The notes under the pieces: generated by a model | Told to the model about the DNA's origin: nothing | The model's input: the letters and a program-made list of their open reading frames with translations, nothing else | Database searches by the model: none | From: Neoechinorhynchus agilis | Lineage: Eukaryota > Animalia > Acanthocephala | Reading direction: 5' to 3' | Assembly: GCA_051530055.1 (NCBI GenBank) | Contig: CM121341.1 | Location: 17,958,784 to 18,022,783 of the forward strand | Length of the DNA stretch: 64,000 nucleotides | Program-made: the position numbers and the translations under genes | Part shown: positions 1 through 11,896 of the stretch, piece after piece | How the letters are laid out: each line of letters opens with the position of its first letter | Numbering within the stretch: position 1 is the stretch's first letter

Positions 1-257
1 AACGATTTGCGATATTTATAAGAAAATGTGTTTAAATCTATTTTCCAATAATCATAAATGCTCAAATATTCCATTTTTGAATGCCTAATCCATCTAGTAA
101 TAAATTGGCACTACACAACGCTATCATTAAGGCGACAGTAACCGGATTCAAAGCTCTTCGTGGAGTTGATCTGCCGTCATGAACATAAGCTAACTAATCG
201 TTGTTGTTGATGCAAACAAAAATCTCCCAAACGCTTAATGATGTTTCTTGAGTTTAG

Positions 258-602
258 TTGTGGTATTACACAAAAAACAATGAGATACGCAGAGATGACA
301 TGTGCATGGACTATGCTGGAGGACTTTCCGGAGTCGGTAAGGAAAACAAAATAACCACTTACAATTGCCATGGTGGAAGAGGAAATCAAGATTGGACATT
401 TAAGGTGAACAAAGTTTTCACACTTTTCAAAAATCTAAAACGAAACTATTAGTCGATCGGTGAGACTTCGGGAATGATTACTCACGTAACGGGTTTATGC
501 CTAACAATGCGGAAAGGATCTTATAAACTCATAATGGAAAAGTGTGACTTGTCAAATCCGCGGCACCGATGGATATGGAAAGAAAGGCGTGTTGAGAATT
601 GA
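258..602 (+). CDS. GALNT: Polypeptide N-acetylgalactosaminyltransferase, last two exons (C-terminal ricin-B lectin domain); 5' part lies outside the window
   Basis: Exons 258-404 and 453-602 joined by a 48-nt GT-AG intron give LWYYTKNNEIRRDDMCMDYAGG...YNCHGGRGNQDWTFK-SIGETSGMITHVTGLCLTMR...CDLSNPRHRWIW, the QxW-type ricin repeats with CHGxGGNQ typical of GALNTs. Paralog not assignable. Confidence 0.85.
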
Positions 603-1229
603 TTCGCGGAGATGGAGTGCTAATCTTGTTTGATAAATTTGCGATTTCCATGAACCATTGCCGCTTACTAATTGTTCCACAATTCGCCTTTACTCAGTCG
701 AATGATTGCGACAATGTTTAAACAACCTCTAGTTTACGGATGTCAAGTCAACAAATTTTTCAAAAGATTTAAAATGTAAGAAGTCGCAGTCTTGCACTGT
801 TTCGGGTAAGCTTTGTACCACATTTATGTTCTTAATGAACGTTCAGTAGCCCAAACATTGGTTCTTGTTTTATTTGACCGTATAATGTTCAAACTAACGA
901 ATTGTTCGAAAATTTGCTATATGTTGCCTTGAGAAAGACTCGTCAGCTATTCTGTAAAAAAATCATCAAAAACCACCACATACGCTAATACCATTTGATG
1001 CCACTTATCTAGAACTGAAGAATGTAAAGTAATTTCCTCTAGAAATTAATTTTTGTAGTGTGTTGATCACAGCAGCTAAACAAAGCTTGCGATTTTGAAT
1101 GCAAATTCAAAACCCAGAGCGTTGTTTAACTGTTTAGTATTTCTTTTGCAAATATAAACTCCATTCGTGGTACTTGAGCTTAAAACTATTTCCCTCCGAA
1201 CTAGTAGATTTTAAATACATGCCTTAAAG

Positions 1230-1400
1230 GTTATAATCGCGTGTAAGATCCGAATAACTATTTAACCACTTGTATTTTAGAACTGATGATGAACCCGACG
1301 AAGTTCGAAACGTCTTTGATAAAAAATTATTTACCGGGTGAAGACCTGGACAATAAGTCTAATCATATACCCCGGTACCTGCTCACATACCGACATTTTT
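1230..1400 (+). mobile_element. Solo Penelope-like element end carrying a minimal hammerhead ribozyme
   Basis: CTGATGA-T-GAAC(ccgacgaa)GTTC-GAAA-CGTC at 1283-1314; same architecture as the motif at 51629-51660. Outer limits approximate. Confidence 0.55.
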
Positions 1401-4400
1401 AAAACTTGTGCCAGTATACTGGCAACGTCGGGATGTTTACAGGAATGAAAAGCGAAATAGTTTCACCAAAAAATAGAATAAATCGATTACTCATATATTC
1501 GATGTTTATAGTTTTAAAACAAAATAATATATGAAGAGAATAATAAAACATTAGCAGTTCAACTAAAAATGATCGAACTGTTCTTGCAGTCACGAACCCG
1601 TACTATTCGAAATTATTATATCCACCTGATTGAAAAGAATAGCGGTGTGCTGCGGTTACCATGGTACAAACTCGGAGCCAAATGTTACTATATATTTTTT
1701 TAATGCATTTAAAAAGCATTTACGTTTCCAAGTATATTGAACTGAAGGCAGCAATGTGCGACCTGATCAGAACTGTCGATAGAGTTCACGAATTTGCCCA
1801 TATTATTACCAGGTACAGCGAAGAAAAAAACGTTCAATTTGATTTGGTGTTAATTAAGAAAGACGTTTTAAATCTGACGAAGAAGTTGGCAGATTTAGAC
1901 GCAGTTGAACGAGAAATGAATGAATAGATAAATTTGTAAATTTGAATCCGGCAGTGGTAGAATAATTTCGTTTAAACATCAAATATCAGAAGCCAAATTT
2001 TTATTCCAATCTAGAATACTGCCACAACACTTTAAAGTGCCAATGTGGAGAAATTAACTTTTTATATATGTTTCGCGTGGATCAGAAACGAGATACTGTG
2101 CGTATTTGTTTCAAATCTTAGAAATAAATTTTTTTATCGTGGTTTCCTACGTCGCAATCCTACGAAAAGCGGCTTTGGATGACCTAGTTTTCAAATTGGA
2201 TAATGTTTTAAACCGTAGTGGTAAAATTGCTGAATGTTTTCCAAGCAATAATCTAAACGGTTTCATAGCTGTGAATGACTAAGCTAAACAATATAGGTTG
2301 AGATTTTCCGTCTGATTAAATGGTCCAATTTCTCGGAAATGTAGTCAGTTTATAAAAAAAATATATTTGCACTTACTCGAAGGAACGAATGATGTATCGA
2401 AAAGCAATCCCGTTTATACTGATGATTTTTTATGTTTCTTCGTACAAAAGACATTTGGTATTTCTTAGATAAATAGAAACTTTTAACTTAAATATCCCAA
2501 TTATCAAACGTCTTCAACGATCTCCCTCGGGTGTCGACAAGTGACCTAATTAACAACATATCCAACCACCCGAATGCAATCCTCAATATTATGAAGTGTT
2601 GACCATAATTTTTGACTTCTAAATTTCGTCCATCGAAAGAGGTCATTTAAAGGATAGTGCACACTGATAGTGTAAAGTCTACAATCGCATCCCTGACCTC
2701 AAATGAGGTCGAATTGTTTATATCAATATTCAGGAATCGATGCACATCGTGTAGAGGTCATTAGGTCAGACAGCAGTAACAAATGTTAACCTTCTCTATA
2801 AGAACCTAGGCAGTCAAAGAGTAAATCGACTATCATAATCTATGGATCTTATTCTAGAGAATGCAGGGATCGTTATCAAGTACCGATGTGACTATAACGT
2901 GCAGCGAACTTTCCCTTTTCCGATAACCAGCTTCTTACACTCTAGTTTTTACGCTATCCCGCTCATTTTCTGCGCATGACGGTATTTATTTTCCAAAAAA
3001 AGGAGATGATGCAGATACCTGAACCGAGATGAACATGTAGATGATCTTCACCGATAATTTAAAATCACAAGAAAATCCTTAGTTTCACCTAAACACACGA
3101 GTATCATTCATCTCAGACAAAGAGGAACAAACTAGCTCCTAGACAATGGGATAGTGGGCCTAAATAAAATGTCGGCAATGCTGTAAAATCGATATATGTG
3201 GTGAAAACGTTATGGATATGTTACTCATGTTAGCATTACTAACTTTTCCGTGTCGTCGAAGTTAAACGAAAAGCGCGTGAATAAGCCCATGGAAGCTCGC
3301 GGGACGAGAAAGGTGTAGGTTTCGTTCCAATTTTATTCACTAATTTAGAAATAATAAGTACAATAGAGTGTGGTTAATTAGGCCACATAGAGACGTGATC
3401 GTTTTGGTCCTATTGACCGTATTTGGCTCTATTTTGTTAAATGCGCATTTTTCAATTTTAACTGTATCGACGAATTCAGAAAGATTAACATGATTTTGCT
3501 CGGAAACATAAGTTACGATTGCATGTTTTTGAAATTTTAATGTACACTTCTTTGGTGGTTCCCTATGGTTTTATACGCTTCTTAAGGATTCAAGACTATC
3601 GTGATCTAGAGATATTAATGGGATTTTTTAAAACGTTGAATTCTTTAGCATCTTATTGCAAAAAACGAGTTTTTCTCCTGTCTTAGACGATGGTCTTGCG
3701 GATCAGCTAATTTTCCCGAGATCAAAAAGATTAAATTTTAAATCTTTTATAAAAACCGTACTTCGTCATCTGTGGTAAAAATTCGAAAATAAGAAACAGT
3801 TCGTTTCTCTTGGGCATTTTAAGATCTTAATAAAACGAAATATACTAAATTAAGTCACAAAATATTGATTTAATTTATGCGCAACTGATGTAAAACCATT
3901 CACTGGCGTTGTTTTAAAGGAAAGCTCGACTGGAGTTAATTTTATGAATAAATATTATGTCATTAAATGACTTGAACTTCGTCATAGAGTAACAATAAAT
4001 TTATAAATAAGGTAATAGAGCGTCGACCATAAAAATTAATTTTTTATTAAAATTTCTGCTGCAAGATTCGCCTTCAATAAAGCGTATTGCCTACAAACGC
4101 TGTCTTTATATTCCTTTAGAATCTGATGAGCTTTCATTTTGGACATTAATCTAGCAAAATTCTAACGATATCACGTCAAGTTGATTATACTAATGAGCAT
4201 ATTCACATCTAGCTGCTTTATCGCTATTATAGTCCGTTGATTGTCGCCTGGAATTCTAATGTTGCAAATTTCTTTAGAAATTAACGTAAAATTTAAGGTT
4301 TTAATCCTTGTTTAAAAAATCTTTTGATCGAATTACTAAAATAACTGAAACGTAAGGAGGACGATTTAGTATTTCTTTATCGAGAACCAAAGTTATCGAT

Positions 4401-4469
4401 TTTTAATAGAGATATCAATCGATTGCACGCATTAGGACAAAAAGAAATATTTGGAGGTTAAACTATTCA

Positions 4470-4648
4470 TGTTTGTTTATCGCGTAAAAATTAAGAGAAT
4501 TTATTAAATCCGATATTTCGAACCAATTTTGTCCCTTTATCAAGATTGCTTTTAAGCGTTTAAATATGAGCGCCTTGATAAATGCACAATAATGTGTCGA
4601 AATATCGGATTTAATAAATTCTTTTAATTTTTACGCCATAAACAAGCA
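4470..4648. repeat. Foldback / MITE-like element
   Basis: 52-bp arms 4470-4521 and 4597-4648 are reverse complements with 3 mismatches; a further inner IR TTTATCAAG/CTTGATAAA. Confidence 0.8.
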
Positions 4649-4791
4649 CAAAAAGAATCGATGCTAAATTGTGCATTGAAAACTTATAAATATTGACAAG
4701 TCTAAAATGAGTCAAAAATGTAGCTTGGTTTATAAAATTAATAGAAATACATGCTAATATTAGGCAATGGCCTTATAATTTTTATTTTAAG

Positions 4792-4970
4792 ATAATATCA
4801 GCTGAAGAAGATACAGTCGGGTGTTTGAGTGAACCCCAAGAAGTGGATTTTGATATGTTTGGGAACATTCATGTAGTGGATTCCCAGAACTACCGCATTC
4901 AAATTTTCTATCAGAACGGTGTTATGCAGCGAGCAATGTTAGAATATCATTTAAAATTGTTTAGTGTGTA
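4792..4970 (+). pseudogene. Isolated NHL-repeat-coding segment (orphan exon or gene relic)
   Basis: Reads GCLSEPQEVDFDMFGNIHVVDSQNYRIQIFYQNG, matching the NHL consensus LxxPxxVxxDxxGNIxVxDxxNxRIQxF. No flanking exons identified. Confidence 0.5.
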
Positions 4971-5755
4971 ATGCGTACAATTTTTGTTTGCTACAGATTA
5001 CAAAAGGTTTGAGTAAAAAAACTGAGAATTTATAAGGTGCACTATTTACAAAAGTGTGAAACAACGTATAAATGCTTAGTGTTGTGACGAAGTTTTGATT
5101 CGAAAACTCCTTAAAATTTCCCGCCTTTGGTTTTTAAAAAATCGTTATGAATGCTGGAGGATAAAGCTGTCACGTTTAAAAAGCAATTAAAGCATTGCAC
5201 TCTTTTTACTCAATATGTTGAATTATTTTACAAAAAAAGGAAATCGGAGATGAACTTCCATTGTTTTTCCCGTCGACTGCAACTGTATCTGGTTTTTTGT
5301 TTTTAGATTAACAAATTTAGCCAAATCCCGCCTTCTACATTATGATTTTATGCGTTTGCATGTAGTCTGCTGACCTTGTGAATAGGTGTTTTCTATTATT
5401 GCTTAATAGCTGCTATTTGGGACTGTATCACTTTCCAAGGCCACACCGTCGTCTCATCAGTCTTTTGACCTTGTCCCCAGGCTGAAGACATTCTCTTCTT
5501 TTGGTTCATAAAGAGACACAAGGTTTCTTTTCCCAAAGTCATGGGCGTCATATGCACGCGTGCACGGAGAAATGTTCTTGCTGCGAGTTTGTTCCCGATA
5601 TGGGTTTATGTTTTGCTTTCCGTTTCTCTCACATTGGCTCCTTTCCGGCGGCGGCGTATTTCTCACTAGCGCATTCCTTCGCTTTTGGACCAACGATAGC
5701 CTCCTTTTGAAGACCAGACGCTACGTCTCTCACGTATGTCAGTGTACAATTCTTG

Positions 5756-8700
5756 ATGAGTAGTCCGACCAACGAGACGGACCATTGTACACCACAACCA
5801 GTGGCTGCGACTGCTGCAAACGAAGGCGACGACAATTGCAGTGGCGACACTAGCTCAAGAATTCCACGGCAGCAGCAACCTACCACCATGTTTCCACCAT
5901 TCATACAACAACAGCCTCTATCGGGAACGACTGCACCTCCACCACCACCACCACTACCCTTCACTTCCGTCCATCATCAGACATCCCAGAACACTGACGG
6001 TTGTATGAGTGTCGTACATACACTCATGTGCCATAGCTGATGGAATCAGTCGATTTAGTCGGGAGGAGCGCCAATGACTGATACCATTTGAAAGGCAGGG
6101 AGGAGAAAGCGAATCGTTCGCTAAAAGGGCTATTGAAAGTCTTGTAAAGAAACTAAAGGATAAAAGAGACGAATTAGATGCTCTATTGACCGCCATCACA
6201 ATGAGTGGTGCTCATATGACAAAATGTGTGACAATACAACGAACCCTGGACGGAAGATTGCAGGTCGCTGGACGAAAAGGATTTCCACATGTTATATACG
6301 CTCGTCTGTGGAGATGGCCGGATCTCCATAAAAACGAATTAAAACACCTCAAATTCTGTCAATTCGCTTTCGACCTCAAACAAGAACTCGTCTGTGTGAA
6401 CCCGTATCATTATGAACGAGTCATCTCAACTATAGGTGAGTGAGGTGAAGAATGGTTGCGATCTATACGATACCACAAAGGTTACATTACTGTTCCATTA
6501 AGAGACGTTTAGCCACAAATAGGGCAGTTATCCACAGAATGGGAGTGGTTTCTTTGATAGGCATAAATATGTAAAATCACTTATAACCAAATTGAAAGAG
6601 GGCGCATAAATTTTGGGCTTTTAGGAAGACGAAAGGACGCGAAATAGCTAATAAGTCCGGGATTTTTCCGCCAAAATCTAGGTTTAATAATAATAAATTT
6701 CTAACGGATATGACTGAAGTGTAAGCTAAGTTTCGATTGAGCACTCAATTCAATTAGAATTTATGACCTCGTTAAAAAAATGAATTAAAAAAGGAAAATT
6801 GAACTCAGTTTTAGCGATCCCGCCGATAATCTTATGAATATTGATACAATACGTTTTGCTATATCGATTGTTTCCTAAAAAACTTCACTAGATCGAAATA
6901 CGCTTTTGGTAGTCTATAGAATAACGGTGTAACAATTAAATAGGTAAAATCGCTGATAAATAACTATATCGTTGTAGATTAACATTACCATATTTCTACT
7001 CTTGCAAATGTTTGGGGAGAAAATTCCCTACTCTTGATAGAGGTTCTCAAATACTTCTATTTGAGCGTATTTGATCAAATTCCGAATGGAACGGCACTAA
7101 GCCTGGCAATCGAGACTGTCTGACAACCGCAATTCAAATTAGATTTCTATCGAATTGGTAACACAACGTTTAAATTCTGATTGACTGATCTGTCATAAAA
7201 TTGAAACTTAAAATAGGCGATAAAAAATCTACCACAGTTGTTTGATGTTGTTAAATATAATATCGGTTACTTTAAAACTATTTTACCTCGAAGAATGAAA
7301 ATTTAAACACGCGTGGTTAGAACTAACCTTAGGTAGTGTTGTTTTCAACCAAGAGTTCCTTCTTTATTCGGCAAAGGCCCAAAATATACTTCACTTTCCT
7401 TTCTTTGCTATAGTAAGATTTCTTGAAATAAATTTCCATAAGTGAGTCGTGGAACTGGAGCGACCGTCATTGTCCGCAGATAAAAGTGACTAGACGAATC
7501 CAACTCAAAGAATGCAGAAGTTTTCCACTCTGGAATTTTTTGTCATTGTCTCATATCAACAGCCCATAACTTGTCAAGACTGAAGATCAATGATTCATGA
7601 CTGTATTCGATATAATTCCATGAGATATAGCTTATTGATTATTTATGGCATCGGTAGCCTTCACCTCCCCATTAAATTGTATGAACATATTCCAAAAAAA
7701 CAAAAAATCCGAAAAATAAGAATTATCAGGGAGCTTTTCTTTGCAAAAATTTTGCAATGTAATAATAGCTAAGTAGCTGCATGTAGCTGTGATTTCCGTA
7801 TTTGTCAACTAGCTGCGCATTACAGCCAGAAAATGTTTAAAGTCTCATTTTTCCGGCATCAACTTCACTGGAGTATCCAAAACTCGGCACGACACCCTTC
7901 ATTCTGAAATTCTGCACATGGTGTCTACTATATATCCCCGCCGTCTCGCCGTCTTCTAAAAACCTGCAATAATCGCGACCCGCCTCGACCCATCCGGCGA
8001 CTAGACCATAGCACATCTATTATTTGTCTGATGATAGGAATTAGATAAAAGCCGGGAATCCCTATCCGAAAACCGCCTCAAAAACAACAAAATGTCCATA
8101 GGTCTTTGTGTTCCATCGAACAGCGCAGTATCTACTTCAGCAACGAATACAACTGGCAGTGTATCCATCGCCACCCCGGTGAGGCCTCCTCCAATCTTCA
8201 ATGGCGTTGCTGTTGGTAGACAGCAAAATATTCCCCCGCCGCCACATCCAGTATTTTCATCGCCGCCTGGCAACACAACTCCGGCGGCACCTCACTTCGT
8301 AGAATACGCGACAAGTGGAGCAGCTATGATACACGACGCAGGTAAGGTTATTCTCGTTGGCTAACACAATTTTATCCCTTTTTCGATTACCAGGACGCTT
8401 CTATCAACAACAGTCAACTCGACCACCGAACAACCAAGTGAATACCATGATGGCTAATCGCTTACTTAGATGTTTGCCATATTCGCCGGATCAGCAACTG
8501 CAACTCGCTTTACAAACTCATGGAAGTATGATGGCGGAGGGGGTAGGGAAGTTCTCACAAACGCTGATTTTTTTGATAGCGCCGGAGATATGGTGTTCAG
8601 TGTCGTACTTTGAATTAGATCAGCAGGTCGGACAAACCTTTAAGGTCTCTTCAAACTTCAATTTCGTGATTATCGATGGGTATACGGATTTCTCGTCCGC

Positions 8701-10598
8701 TGGAAATAGGTTCTGCCTAGGAGCACTCACTAATGTTCGGAGAACAGAAATGAGTGAGAAAGCGAGGTCAGTGTAAATTTTCTGTTAATAACCGGATAAC
8801 AATGCATTTTTTTACATAGAATGTTTCGGATATACTTTTGAATTTCTCAACATTTCGTGTTTTGTGACTACTCACACATTTGAACTCCGCTCTAGGCCAA
8901 TAGAAGGCATGAATAATTTTTGTTTTTTTTAACAATGAAACTTAAAAATCCCGATGAGATTAACGGAGAAATAGTAAAATTAATAGTTGCGAAGAGAAAA
9001 TTACAGCATTTTTCGAGAAAAGGCTTGACTGCGCCGGTCAGGGGGTTGGAAATTATGAATTTTTAGATATTCTAATGATTCCCTAATGTACTCGCGAATA
9101 TGCATGTCGAATCCACTGAAGATTAACTTTCAAAAATGGACTTACGCAATTCTTTGATCGCCGTCAAACAGCAAATTCGGAAGATAATCTAATGGAAAAT
9201 GAAAGTTAAAGTATTCAATATTAATCTAGAAAATCAAGAATTCGTAAGCTGCAACTGTGCCTAAGCACCATATACTATGCAAATGAAGTTCTACTTAGTT
9301 CGAAAATTTCTCCACAAACTCTGTTTATACATCAGCTTTGTTAGTTGGAAGAGTGGAATCGAATATTATTTTCAACATTTCACAGTAACACGAAACGCTT
9401 AGTAATGTTTAAGTGTTATAGTGGAAAATGAAGTGTCGCCATAGAATGGCTTCTTTAGCAGCTTGGTATGGAATGTTTAGGCCGACGGCATTTCTATTGG
9501 TTTTCTCAATTTCTAACACGCTTTACTCAAGCTGAAGCAGCGCTGTTAATGCTTGATAACAACATTTTCTTTAATTTGTGTTTTCCCTGCCACAATAAAC
9601 CTGAACTAGTTCAAAGTTCATGAGTCCTTTAAGTCCAAATGTTTTTGTTGGCATTATGTTTGATGCCAATCAGCGCGCGCAATCTTGAATGGAATGTTTT
9701 TGCACTATGCTTGATCGGAATCTATAGCAGGCTCCATATCGGAAAAGGAGTTATCTTGGAACAAAAGGTGGACGAAAGCGAAATATGGGTACGGTGTCAA
9801 AGTGATCATTCAGTATTCGTGGAAAGTCTATATTTGGACAGAGAATCTGGCCGTTGCCCCGGTGATGCAGTTCATAAAATATATCCACATTCGTACATAA
9901 AGGTTTAGTGATTAAAATCACATTTTATAGCTTAATGGAACTCCGTTTTTGTCTAGGTTTTTGACCTACGCCAATTTTACCGACACCTTTACAATCGAAT
10001 AAGAGCAGCTTTAACAGCTGCAGCCAATGGGTTTCCTGGGTCTAATGCATCCTCGTACAATCTTCACTTTATGTCCTCACCTGTCCAGCAATCACCAGAA
10101 TACAGTGTAACCGATCAGGTGCCAGGCAATCCTACTCCTATAAGTTCAGAATTTAATCGAGCAGCTTCATTTGACCCAACTGACCTCGGCGTGGATCATC
10201 TGAGACGTCTTTGTATTTTAAGGCTCAGCTTTGTCAAAGGATGGGGATCTGATTACCCAAGAAAAACAATCGAAGAAACTCCCTGTTGGATTGAAATCCA
10301 TCTATGACAAAAATTCCTTTCACCCTACTTCTCCCCGAAGCGAATTTTTGTCTCACATCGTCCTCTACAACTGCTTGACCAAATGTTAATGACTTTAGCT
10401 GTGAACTACACGTCCACTAGCGGAGCAAATGTTAGCAGCACAAATGGACCAACCTCAACTGCGTCCATGCAGCCTCCTCCATCTGATTCACTTGGTCTTA
10501 ATGGTAATCACAGAAATTCTTTTCAAGTGAGTAACCGATCAGTCAATTTGAATCAGCAGCATCAACCTGGTCATACGCCTATTCTCATGGAACAGTAA
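5756..10598 (+). CDS. SMAD4: SMAD4/Medea (co-Smad), MH1 + linker + MH2
   Basis: Exon model 5756-6036, 6095-6435, 8102-8341, 8394-8525, 8580-8766, 9731-9902, 9957-10304, 10356-10598. MH1: [40 protein letters not shown]...[36 protein letters not shown]; MH2: [22 protein letters not shown]...LHIGKG...[47 protein letters not shown]. Five GT-AG introns plus two non-canonical interruptions (6037-6094, 10305-10355). Confidence 0.95.
6037..6094 (+). other. Non-canonical hairpin-bounded intervening sequence 1 (58 nt) in SMAD4 MH1
   Basis: Removal restores conserved LMCHRQGGE. Ends are CT..AG (or AG..AA / GC..AA within the AG direct repeat); stem 6040-6051/6076-6087, 11 of 12 paired. Confidence 0.75.
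10305..10355 (+). other. Non-canonical hairpin-bounded intervening sequence 2 (51 nt) in SMAD4 MH2
   Basis: Removal restores [14 protein letters not shown]. Ends are TG..CA (or AT..TC); perfect 11-bp stem GACAAAAATTC 10306-10316 / GAATTTTTGTC 10342-10352; starts with in-frame TGA. Confidence 0.8.
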
Positions 10599-10859
10599 AC
10601 TAACGCTGCTCTGTGTGATAACCGATAATATGATTGTAACAAATTTGTTTTATGTCCGAAAATAAAGTCAGAAAGGTAATTTTTACTAGTAAATGAGCAG
10701 TAAGCGTGAATGATTGATCACTGAAATTCAATAGGGAAAAGTTGCATATTTCGCCAGACATTGACTAGTAAAACATCCCATACTGATGATGTAAAGAAAC
10801 TTTATTTTTTCCAATACCTATTCTACTCCGGGATATTGAAGTTAATATTTCGATTGTCC

Positions 10860-11575
10860 TCCTAACTTAAACATGTTCTAGATGACTCAATTTACAACCA
10901 TTGCTCCACTTCATACTCCACACAAACTATCACTCCAACAGCTGATACTTCTGTCAACTCTAGTCCTCCAACATCTCAAGAAATTACCTCGAAATTCTGG
11001 AGCTCTTCGCTGCATCATCCTCGAACTCATAGACCTGCCGAAACTTAAACGGGATTCGCACATTACACTTTCCTTCAACCGTAATACCTTTAAAATTTAT
11101 CTCCTCAAACGCCTTCGCCATTTAGGAGTGAGATCCACAGCTTTATTTTACCCTCCCTCACTTACGGTCATCCCGCCTTTTGCAACCTCTCCCAATCACA
11201 AACCCGTCGCCTTGAAACATTTCATAGAAGGGCGTCTAAAATTTGCAGAGCAAAATTTTCACAGACAATCAAAACGCCTCTCAACCCTACCACAACAATT
11301 TATACAACATGTCTTCCAATCCCAATTCGTTTCATCCTCCTTTACCTCCCTCTACATAAGCTTCTTTTTCCACACTGCCCAATCTTCTCGGATATATGAC
11401 CCAAAATGAACTGGAGGAAATACACAACCTCACAAACTCTCCTACACCAATAAGCAACGACTTGCCCACCCGACCGGTCTCAAGCCCCATCAACGGAACC
11501 TATAATAACTCGAGTGTCCGTGAGTTCGAGTGTTCATTAGGATCCAGAGGTACATGGTTCCTCTACTTTGTACAA
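10860..11575 (+). mobile_element. CR1/L2-like LINE, 3' fragment (RT C-terminus and 3' UTR)
   Basis: Decayed RT thumb region (HITLSFNRNTFKIYLLKRLRHLG); related to 52400-53520 and 31735-32190, sharing the 3' end CATGGTTCCTCTACTTTG with 31735. Confidence 0.7.
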
Positions 11576-11656
11576 CATTGTACGATAAAACGAGTTATTA
11601 TTATCCTATATTTAGTACTAAATCTTGCATTAATATATGTCCATATATTTTATATT

Positions 11657-11896
11657 TTGAAGTCTGGCCAGCCTGTAACTTTTATTCTGTGTTTTTAAGT
11701 GTGGTTTTTTTCTCACAGTTGATAATTTTTGCATTGACACACAGCTCACCGATCTGGTTCAGGGCAGCATTAAGTGCTTTTATGCGCTTTCCTGACCCAG
11801 ATCTGTGGGCTATGTGACAAACGAAAAATTATCGGCCGTGAAAAAAGGCAACACTTAAAAATACCGAATAAAAGTTACCGGCTGGCCAGACCTCAA
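11657..11896. mobile_element. MITE-like element with 46-bp terminal inverted repeats
   Basis: TIRs 11657-11702 and 11851-11896 (about 4 mismatches); its interior (about 11755-11847) recurs as a direct repeat at about 12155-12240. Confidence 0.75.

Noticed and set aside
2450-3200. Faint LINE endonuclease-like remnants (DLILEN...FSDNQL)
   Set aside because: Too decayed to support a call by eye.
5457-5763. Overlapping short ORFs upstream of SMAD4
   Set aside because: No recognisable homology; most likely 5' UTR/promoter sequence.
8016-8075. CTGATGA...CCTATCC-GAAA hammerhead-like string in SMAD4 intron
   Set aside because: Core and stem II overlap, so the catalytic junction cannot form as written.
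8438-8579. Alternative SMAD4 linker model with two tiny GT-AG introns (8438-8469, 32 nt; 8543-8579, 37 nt) that also restores frame
   Set aside because: Both are shorter than any other intron traced here (minimum 42 nt), and the single 54-nt intron model keeps an LALQ similar to vertebrate LAFQ. Not excluded without cDNA.
10304-10356. AT-AC (U12-type) reading of SMAD4 insert 2
   Set aside because: 53-nt removal shifts the frame and loses HRPLQLLD; no RTATCCTTT donor consensus at the 5' end.
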